Under the pieces are notes generated by a model. The model did not search any database and was not told the origin of the DNA. It saw nothing but the letters and a program-made list of their open reading frames with translations. A stretch of DNA of 64,000 nt from the human T2T-CHM13v2.0 reference genome, Homo sapiens: the NCBI RefSeq assembly GCF_009914755.1, contig NC_060926.1. One strand, written 5' to 3'. The position numbers and the translations under genes are program-made. Below, piece by piece: positions 50,653-64,000 of this stretch. Numbering within the stretch: the stretch's first letter is position 1; each line of letters starts with the position of its first letter.

Positions 50653-52400
50653 GGAAAAAAAGCTAATGAGCCATGCTGCAGGCAAACTGAGATAAACAAG
50701 GTTTCCAATGGGACACAGCTGAAGCCAACAGAACAGAGAAACCAAGAAACCCAGGCAGGACCATGCTGTAGCTGCAAGAATGACCAGCGCTCCTCCTTGG
50801 ACTCGCCCAGCACAAGGCCAGGCCCTGGAAGCCTCAGCAGGTGTGTTCCCCCTTGCTGCGGCAAGCCAAGCAGACCCAACGCTGCAGATTACAGGGATGC
50901 TCCTGGGGGCTATTTTTTCTGGTGGGCTGCATCATCATCATATTAGCCAGCATTATTCTTACCAGATGCCATTCAGTTTGCAGAGAACTTTGCACACAAT
51001 TGGAGGTGTTTCACGTTTGCCATAACCCTACGGGGTGACTATTATTATCATTATCTATTGTTATTATCCTTCTTCCGAGGGAGCAGGACTGAAACTTAGT
51101 GAGCGAAAGCCATAAAGGAGTGGAGCCCACAAGGAGCAGGTGCTCACTCCATAGCCGCCTGCAGACACTGCCCTCAGCAATGCACTGTCAGTATCCTGAG
51201 TGCTGGGAGGGGAAGAGCCAGCTTTCTCTTGTAGGTCTGACTCCTAAGTGCTTGCTCGTAATCATCATAGTTTACCACCTTTCCACTGACACAGGCACTA
51301 AGTGAATTTCAGTCCTAATGCAAAATGCAAGAGGCATCCCATTCCAGTACACTTGATCCCAGGAGAACCTGCAAGACTTGTAAATCCAAACATATTTCAT
51401 TCCAAATAGGCACTAATCCCTCTAACAAGAGCAGGGACTTGTAATTCAAACACATGATTTGAGTTGATAATCCTGGAGCAGACATCATCCTTCAGCTGTG
51501 TAACTGCAACATTTTAAGGGGCACCACCAGGGCCAAGCTAGGTTTGTGGGGTCTCCCAAGGACACCTCCTCATTTACAGATTCCCCACCAATCTGTAGAA
51601 CCAGCATGTTGTAGGAGGCAGCTATTGGCCTTTGCAGTAATCAAAACAAGACTAATATTGGCAATATAATCAGCAGGCACTGGTGACTAATCCATCAGTA
51701 AACAAAATATTTTTCCACCCATCTTGGTTTAGCAGCCCCAAAGCTAACCCTTGTATACCTTGTCATTTGCGTCAAATACTACTTCCTCCTCAAAATCACT
51801 GTTGGATATTTTCTTTTAACAAGGCTTCCCTGCCTCCCTTGTTTAGAAATGAATAGAAGGATTCCCACTTGGAAAGAGTGAAGAGTGGAAGAAAAACCTG
51901 AACCCTAGAATCATTTGTTGTCAAATTGATTCCAAGCTGCATGACTTTCCAGCTTGGAGATCTTTGGCAAGTCACCTAAGTTCTCCAAGACTCTTTCTTC
52001 AAACTGGGGTAGAATCGTCTGCACTTCACAGGGTACAAGATAAATGAGACAGTAGCATGAAATCACTTAGCGCAATGTTAATACATAGGTCCCTTCACCT
52101 GCCAAGCAGGCTTTGAAGTCAGAGTCTGAGCTCTGTGCAGCCTCACCACCCACTAGACATGAGAACGCAGATAGCTCTCCGTCCTCCCAGAGCCTCAGCT
52201 GCTCTGAAAACCAAGGATGGGATGCCCCTGAGTCCTTTCCTCCTTCCCCAGCTCCCGACCCTGGTCCTCAGAGGTGACAGCGTTCACTGTGGCCCTTGGC
52301 ATCTGCTCCTCATGTGTCAAGGAATAGGGCCCAGGCACCTCCCCAGGAAATTGCAGAGGCTGCACCAGCCCAGACCTGGTAGGACCATGGGCACACTGGC

Positions 52401-53070
<670 letters not shown>

Positions 53071-53194
53071 GTGGCCAAGAGCTCAGGAGGTTGGGTGTGG
53101 ACTGAGTCCGAGGGTGACTTCCCACCCCACCATCTGACCTCTCTGAACTTCAGTTTCTTCATCTGCAAAAGAGAAACAATAGCACTTATTTGTC

Positions 53195-53725
53195 TGTATT
53201 AGTCAAGGTTCTCCAGAGAAACAGAACTAATAGGACAGAGAGAGAGAGATTTATTCTGAGGAGTTGTTCATGCAATTATGGAGGCTAAGTCCCAAGATGG
53301 GCAGTCAGCAAGCTAGAAACCCAGGAAAGCCGACAGCTCTGGTCTGAGTCAGAGCCTACGGATCTCCAAACACTAAGTGCCAGTCTGAAAGCCAGCAGGC
53401 AAGAGGCCCAAGAAGAATTGATGTTTTCCTCTCAGTCCAAAGGCAGGAAAAGAACAGTGTCCCAGCTCCAGCAGTCAGGCAGGAAGAGCCCTTTCGTGCC
53501 AGATTTTTTGTTCTATCTGGGTCTTCAAAAGAGACCCACATAGACTTCAACTGACTGGATGCAGCCCACGCCCATCAGAGAGGGCCACCTGCCTCGCTCG
53601 GCCCACCCATTCAAATGCAGACCTCACTTAGCAATGCCCTCAGAGACACATTACACAGTTGGTAACGCTCCACCAAATATGGCACCCTTGGCCCAGTCAA
53701 GGTGATCCATAAAATTAACCATCGT
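53195..53725 (-). mobile_element. MLT2 (ERV-L) LTR
   Basis: Runs tgtattagtcaaggttctccagagaaacagaac...ggcccagtcaagg...aaaattaaccatc. Confidence 0.85.
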
Positions 53726-53941
53726 ACCATGTCATTTCGTTGTTGTCAGGGGTCAATGAAATAAAGCATTCGAGTGGTTAAAGAGGTACTCAAGATGTGT
53801 ACCTATTACCACCGACATCATTATAACAGCAGGACACGGGTACATCAGATTCCCAACATTGCTAAAGCCACGGTGTGATGATTGGGATGAGCTAAAGTAT
53901 TATAATTGTCTTCTCCATGAGCTGTAAGAAGAACAAACAGT

Positions 53942-54698
<757 letters not shown>

Positions 54699-56523
54699 TT
54701 AATTGTCCACACATCCGTACCCCGTCCACCTCTAATCTAACCTGCTGCCAGACAGTGTCCATATGTCAAGCTGTGTGTGCCCTGGTGCCACCCAGCACAC
54801 CCACGTCCCCACTCATCCATGCAAGCTCCTCCCAACTGTCAAGATGAAAGTGTCACTTGTCAAAAGTGCACCAGGTGCCAGCCTCTGAGCAGGTGCTTCA
54901 TTGCCTCTGTTATTTCATTTAACTATCATGCATCATGACAAATAAATGATTTGAAGAGTCTCTTAGGGAGGGTGCTATTGAAGAAAACATGCTCTGCTGC
55001 CCAGGTGACAGGAAGTGAGGGCCTGAGAGTAGGTTTAGAGGACCCGAGACAGACAAGCTGTCTCAAGAGAAATGGACAGGAACTAGGGGTTGAGGGAGCA
55101 GAGACAGGACCAACCCTACAGCAAAGGAAGGCGGGAGGCGCAGGCCCGTCCTACCTTCCCAGGATTTAGCTGAATCCCAGGACTCTGGAGGAAGGGTGCA
55201 GGAGTCTTGAGGTGATGCCTTCCCCAGAGTCTGGTCACCTGGGAAGGTGGATGCCGGAAGAGCTTCAGGGTCGAGCCCAGGATCTGCATTTTAACACACT
55301 TCCCACATCGTGTTTGGGAACCACCGCTCCACCTCTCATGAGGAGGAAACAGGCCTGTGAAAGGAAAGAGACTTGGAATGAAGGAACCCCAGAGCTGAAG
55401 GGCCTCCGAGCTCACCCAGCCCCAGCTCACTCTCAAACAAGACGTATTTGTAGCAGCAGTTTCTGCTCAGTCCCTTCTGTGACAGCAATGTCACTACCTC
55501 CCAGAAGTGCGTCTCAGAAACAACTCACTTCGCAGTAGCAGACGAACTCACTCCTGGGCTTTGCCATTCTTTAAAGACTAACAGCCTTAGAAGAAATCAT
55601 TGCAGAGCTGGCCACAGGCCACCTGGGAGCTAGGCAGAATCTGTCTTTGGCCCCAGCCTCTCTGTGATCTTTTCTGTTGCCATGGAGGGATTTCCCAGGA
55701 CCCATGAGTCAGAGCCCTGAGTTCAAATGCCAGCTCTGCTGTGTGACCCTGGCAGGTTACTCACCTTCTCTGAGCCTCCCTTTTCCAACAGGTATAATGG
55801 AAATATGACCTACCTTATGGGCTGGTGTGATGGGGAAATGGCTTAACAAACAAATGAGATGCCTGCAACCCCCAAAAGTCCCTTCCTGTCCCCTTTCACC
55901 ATATCTCCTCCCCTTCCTCAGTCTCAGGGGCCTGTAGCACCCCTTCCCCCGGCCTTGATTGCTCTCGGGGGACCACTGTGTGGGTTGCTTTCACCATGTG
56001 GACAGTAATCCTCTGAGTGGCTCCCTCCCCAGGCACTTCCGCATTCCTGATCTGCCTTTTCCCTGAGCTTCCGAAGACTTTCTCCCCGGGAAGAAGCACA
56101 GCTGAACTGAGAATGAACAACCTCAAGGGGGGTGAGCACAGCACTTCACAGTTTGCAGAGCCTCTGGCCCCACCCTCTCATCTGTCCTCTCTCAGCACAG
56201 GGGCAGGTCAGGGTGATGAAGCAGGAGCGGGGACAGAGGTCTGCAGAAGCCAGTCCCACAGATCTGGGGACGCTCACCTGGCCAGGCACCCACTTCCCAC
56301 CCTGACCCCAACCAACCTCCACCTCCCACCACACTAAGGAGCCCCGCTGCTCCTTTAGGACCCTGGGTTATCGCTCCTCTTTAGGGGACAGCCTTCCGCC
56401 TTGGTGGGTGGGGCAGAGACTGAGGCTCCAGGCATCAGCCTCACCCCTGACAGAAGGGGCGCCCTCAGCCCTGGGCTCTCTCCACCCTCCCTCTAAGACC
56501 CTCAAGGTGTACAGAGCTATATA

Positions 56524-57056
56524 TGTTACAGGAAAGGGGTCCCGATCCACAACCCAAGAGAGGGTTCTTGGATCTCACCCCAGAAAGAATTCAGGGTGAG
56601 TCTGTAAAGTGAAAGCAAGTTTATTAAGAAAGTAAAGGAATAAAGAATGGCTACTCCATAGGCAGAGCAGCCCCGAGGGCTGCTGGCTGCACATTTTTAT
56701 GGTTATTTCTTGATGATCTGCTAAACAAGGGGTGGATTATTCATGCCTGCCCTTTTTAGACCATATAGGCTAACTTCCTGACATTGCTGTGGCATTTGTA
56801 AACTGTCATGGCCCTGGTGGGAGTGTAGCAGCGAGGACGACCGGAGGTCACTCTCATGGCTGTCTTGGTTTTTGTGGGTTTTGACCAGCTTCTTTACTGC
56901 AACCTGTTTCATCAGCAAGGTCGTTATGACCTGTGTCGTCTTGTCCCATGACTTAGAATGCCTTAACTGTCCAGGAATGCAGCCCGGTAGGTCTCAGCCT
57001 CATTTTACCCAGCTCCTACGCAAGATGGAGTTGCTCTGGTTTACATGCCTCTGACA
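56524..57056 (-). mobile_element. MER41A solo LTR
   Basis: Runs tgttacaggaaaggggtcc...gcctctgaca. The minus strand reads ctaaaaagggcaggcatgaataatcc, so it lacks the MER41B GAS-containing insert. Confidence 0.88.
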
Positions 57057-59901
57057 TGAGCATGTGTGCCCACCTCGATCAAATCCATCAGGGGCACCTG
57101 CACCACTTAGCCCTGCCAGCCATTGGCCTGCTCCTACGGTGGGTCCCCTCCAGAAGTCCCCCAGAGCTCTTCCTCTCTTCACCTGCTTCCCGCCCACACA
57201 TGCCCTGTGCTCCAGCCACAGGCACCCTGTCCAGATCCCTCCCCCATCTCCATACCTTCGCCCATGCTGTTCCCCCACCTGGCATGCTGGCACCCTCCTC
57301 CCCACCCCCACCCCAATCCAGCCACCTGCAAACTCCTCCAAGTTCCAGCTCAAGCCTTTATCCCCTTGGAAGCTTCCCAGAGAGGCTCAGACAGAAAAGA
57401 CACAGCCAACTTACTATTCAGTGAGCCTCTCTCCCTGTCAGGGATACGAGGAAGGCCTGTCACTGAGACCCTACGATCCTGCCCAGCAGGGCTGCCACTC
57501 TCCAGCCCACTGTGGCACTCATATTGAGGACAGGGTCACATACCTGGTAATTATAACTTCAAGTCTATTTAACCATATGCCAGGCACTGTGCCAGGAGCC
57601 TTGCGTGGATCAACTCATCCAATCCTCACCCTCAGCCTAGAACTCGGAGGGCACAGAAGAGGCACAGCCACAAGGCTGCTGCTGCAAAGGACGACACAGG
57701 CAAATGCAGGTTGGAATAGGTGAAAGGGTCTCTCAAGGAAATGAGCTGGAGTCGGGCCTGGAAGAGCAGCAGAACATGCTCCTGGCCCTGCCACACACCT
57801 GGGTCCCAGAGCTACATGGAGCTGGCTGCCACCCCTGTCTGCAACCCTGGCCATCCCCGCAGGACGCCTGACAACTTCCTTACCCTGGCCTGCTGGCTAG
57901 AAACACCCGCCAGGCAGATGGCCTTTCTGACTGGCCTTCTCCTGGCTACTGCAGCCTCACCGGAGGGCCAGGGCCAGGGCCAGGGCCAGGCCAGGGGTGG
58001 CTCCTGCCTCAGCAGGACAGGGCAGCTCCAAAGGTGGGCTCTGCACCAGGGTCTCCCCTGAGCCAGGCAGGGGCTCCCCACGGGAGACAGTGCCAACCGC
58101 ACAGGCCAGGGGTGCAAATTGAGGCTGGGGAAGGAGAGGCTGATCTCCTGGTGATCAGGGGGGCAGCACCAGCCTCAGCCATGCAGGTGTGAATTCCTCC
58201 CCACAGCCTGAGATCAGTGCCTCACCCCCGCCCTCTCTCCCCAGGCTCCCCGCTGGATTGCCCCTGCCTGACACCCCATGCTGGCAACCAGAGGCTGATT
58301 CTGCCCGACTGCCTCCAGCTCCTCGAGTGTTCAGCCTGGGTTCCAGAGGGAGGCCATACAGCCCCGTCAGAGACCACCAGGGAAGTATCACAGACCGCAG
58401 CCAGCGGGTGAGCTCAGCTGGGAGTTTGCACCAAGCCTGGCTCCGGAGTGTGGCCTGACTGACGCAGGCTGGGACCACCCTACATGGGCCGGCAGGTGTG
58501 GGTACGTCCTGGGGCTCAGAGAGGGGCTTGGAAGGCCAAAGGCAAGGCGGCCGGACCCGTTATCGCAGCACATAGCATCCCCTTGACTTGCTGGGAGAAG
58601 CTTGCGCCCTCATAGTTAGCAATTCCATGGCCACTGGAGGCCAGAGTGGGAGCTGGGAGGCTCTGGACACCATAGCTTTGGGCCCCCCGGCCCTCTCGGG
58701 CTGGTGTTCACCTGTAAATGCTGCTTCCGCTGTTCAAGCGCTGATGCTCCTCGTCGCTCACGGGTGAACAGCTGCTGCCCACCTCCAAGACCCCCCGCAC
58801 CCTGCACGGCAGGTGACCTCTTGCGTCCCTTCTGGGCCCTCCCTGTGGATTTAGAATGTCGCACCTGCCTGCCGAGGCTCACAGCTGGGTTCCTTTCACA
58901 GACACCGTATCCGGACAATCCATTTGTTCTGTCTTTAATCAGAAATGGCCATAGCGAACTACCGTGCGTCCAACCTGAGACACCTGGGGATGGTGGAGCC
59001 AGGGGAGATGCCGCGGGCCTGAAGGAGGATGCGAAGCTCCAGGGTGCCCCCTGCTGCCTCCGGAGCGTGCTGCAGTCATGGCCGACGTGGACCTGGCAAC
59101 CTGCTCCGATCTTCAGAAATATTATCCACGAGACCTGCTTTCTCCCATAATGCATTCGGCTGGCCACCCATGGGAAGCTACAGAATAAAGAACATAAAGA
59201 CATGCTCCAGAATATGTTCCCAATGCTTAAAATTCCCCCAACTCCCAGGAATCTAGAGTCTTTGAAATATAGATCATTGAGTATCTTTTTGATAACCGAA
59301 GTAAAACTGTTTATGTGAGATGCTTTTTCTCTGCAAATAACAACTGAAGAAGAGGCCAGAAACTATAGTCAGAAGGGATTCTGGTCCTGGGGGTCCATTT
59401 CTTGCCTGTGCGGTCTAGGTGGGTTGTGGTCTTCCAGTTTCTGCCCCTAAATCCACATGTGATCGGCTCCACTTCACAAGGCCGTCACAACACTTCACAA
59501 GAGAAATGCAAGAAAGCACACTTTTCAAGCAGTGTACACAGTTGCTGTTTTTAATGCCATTATCCATCAGGGAATTTCTCACTTGTCTCCCAGAGGCTCG
59601 AGTGGATTGAAAATATAAGGTCTATTTAATGAAAATTATCAAGGAAGTTCCTGGGGAAAAATCCTTAGGCGTAGTCAAGTATTAGTCAAACCACAGCTCT
59701 GCAGTTCCAATAAAGCACAGACTTTAGAAGTTGTATGAGTGAATTCCATGCAAGGCCTGCCACTTATTGCCTGGGTCCCTGGACAAGACACTCAGCCTCT
59801 TGAAGACTTTGTTTTCTCATCCATAAAATGGAGCTAATACTGTTCACCGAATGAGGTGAGGTGAGGACTGGAAATAATGCCTGACGTACAGTGGGGGCTG
59901 A

Positions 59902-60212
<311 letters not shown>

Positions 60213-60270
60213 ATACAAGGTCGGTTTTATCCCTTAATAGATCCCAGAAGGAATTCAAATCTGTATAATC

Positions 60271-60729
60271 TGTGATTGGTTGAATTGTGCTTCTCAAAAT
60301 TTGCATTGAAGTGCTAATCCCCAGCACCCCAGAATGTGACCTTATTTGGAACCAGGGTCATTGCCGATGTGATGAGTTCGGATGAGGTCATACTGGAGTA
60401 GGGTGGGCTGAGATCCAGTATGAATGTGCCCTCATAAAACAGGAGAAATTTAGACAGAGACACACAAAGAAACAACACCATGTGAAGATGAAGGCAGAGA
60501 TTAGGGTGATGCTTCTGCACACCAAGGAACATGGAAGATTGCCAGGAAGGTCCCAAAAGTGGGGTAAGGGGCCTGGCACAGATTCTCCCTCACTGTCTCA
60601 GAAGGAATGAACCCCACCGACCCCTCTTCTCAGACCTCTGACCTCCAGCACTGTGACACGCTCCATTTCTCTTGTTTAGCCACCCAGTTCATGGCATTGT
60701 GTTAGGGCAGCTCTGGCAAACTAATACAT
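60271..60729 (+). mobile_element. MLT1 (MaLR) solo LTR
   Basis: Runs ttgaattgtg...gaatgtgaccttatttggaa...ggcagctctggcaaactaataca. Confidence 0.85.
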
Positions 60730-60794
60730 AATCCAAGAGAGACTGTCATAGATTTACTATCTTTACTGTTGAATAATCCTTACCAATGGGCCCA

Positions 60795-61994
<1,200 letters not shown>

Positions 61995-62132
61995 CTTGAT
62001 GGACATTTAGATTGTTTCCTTTTTTTTTTTAACTAACACAAATAACACTGCAGAAAATAGCCTCAAGTAACTTTGCACATTTGTATGTTTTTTTGCAGAA
62101 TAAATGCCTAAACATGGCAAATCTAATATGTT

Positions 62133-63047
62133 TGTGATGGTTTTAAATAACCTCTATAAATTATTTGATCCTCCTCCCATCAAAAGTGGAGTTTAATTCT
62201 CCTCCCTTTGAATATGGGCCAGTATTCATACTTGTTTCTAATAAACAATGTGGTAGAAGTGGCACAGGGTGGCTTCTGTGGTTAGGATAGAAAAGGTGAC
62301 ACTGCTTCCACCTGGTTCCCTCTTTGTCAGTTCCTCATCCTTGAAACACAGCCACTTCACACTGGAGAGAAGCCCAAGCCACATGGAGGGGCCGCAGCTG
62401 GCCGCCAGACCCACCTGAGGTCACAGCCGACAGCTGGCATCAACCTCCAGCCTTGAGAGTGAATGAACCTTCGGATGGCCAGGTCCCATCTCATTATTTT
62501 ATATCGAAATGATTTACTCTCAAAAGAAAAATGAAAGAAATACAAATTATAGCAATGTTATCTTTAGCAAGGACTGCTTGCAAGGTTGGCCCTTGGTTCG
62601 TATCTGGGAAATTGGATTTGGGGAGGGTTCCCGCCCTTCCCTGATATGAATGGCTCACTGCCCCTAAACTGTGTAAACACTGTGGTTTATGTCTTCGTAC
62701 TGGGAGTCCAGAATTTTGGTACATGCTAGGCAGAGGGGGCCTTTGTGACTAGCCTGCAGTAAAACCCTCGGTGCCAAATCTCTAGTGAGTGTCCCTGACA
62801 AATGACATTCCACACGTGTTGTCCCAACACACTTCTGGGGGAAGTGGGCGCGTCCAGCATGTGAGAGGGTCTTGGACCCTCACACTCCATTTCCTCTGGA
62901 CTTGACCCATGTGCCTTTTTCCTTTGCTGAATTTGCTTCATTTCCAGTTGTCGTAATACATCATAGCCTCGAGTATCACTGTATGCTGAGTTCTGCGAGT
63001 TCTCCTAGCCAATCAACAAACCCAGGGTGGTCTTAGAGACCCCAACA
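62133..63047. mobile_element. Old LTR fragments (MLT1-like 62133-62490; MER21-like ~62515-63047)
   Basis: Motifs tcctcctcccatcaaaagtggagt, ggaattttggtacatgctaggcagaggg, tgctgagttctgcgagttctcctagc...accccaaca. Confidence 0.6.
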
Positions 63048-63281
63048 CGCCACAGCAACAAGACAACAGGGAAGCCGGCGCTTCCTGTATGTGTATACAT
63101 TGCTGGTGGTACCTGGGCACTGTGAGAGCAACACAGCCTGTCTGTTGAGAGCCACTCAATGTCCACTTCCTCTGACTCAGTAATCCCATCTGGGAATGTG
63201 TCCTTTGGCAACAATTCCACAGCAGGAAGCAGAGGCTTGAAGATATTCATCACAGCTTGTGCTAAACCTGAACAAAACCTA

Positions 63282-63947
<666 letters not shown>

Positions 63948-64000
63948 TTAGAAGTGAAAACGGTTGGGGCTACAAGAGGAAGGCCGGAGCGGATTTTTCC

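Noticed and set aside
56524-57056. Interferon-inducible MER41 STAT1 enhancer
   Set aside because: This copy lacks the GAS-containing segment of MER41B; it is the MER41A form.

Overview
Primate (very probably human) repeat-dense genomic DNA, apparently intergenic or intronic. I can support no intact protein-coding gene, RNA gene or CRISPR array. Recognisable content: a full-length processed RPL6 pseudogene (35580-36504); a 3'UTR-only retrocopy on the minus strand (9859-~10760, resembling PTP4A2 from memory); about 35 Alu copies or fragments; several L1 remnants; solo LTRs (MER61-like, LTR8, MER41A, MST, THE1, MLT); an ERV-L protease relic; a 5'-inverted HERV-W/LTR17 retrocopy; MITEs; three minisatellites; a 1.3-kb AT-rich palindromic array; and facing GGAA/TTCC tracts. 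Nearly all ORFs in the track are repeat-derived or chance ORFs. The least routine observation is a local direct-plus-inverted duplication at 32.6-34.6 kb whose two parts share one junction. Several smaller template-switch and twin-priming scars and many non-B-DNA-prone sequences also occur. I found no evidence for a new enzymatic or genetic system. Repeat family names come from recalled consensus sequences and need RepeatMasker/Dfam confirmation.
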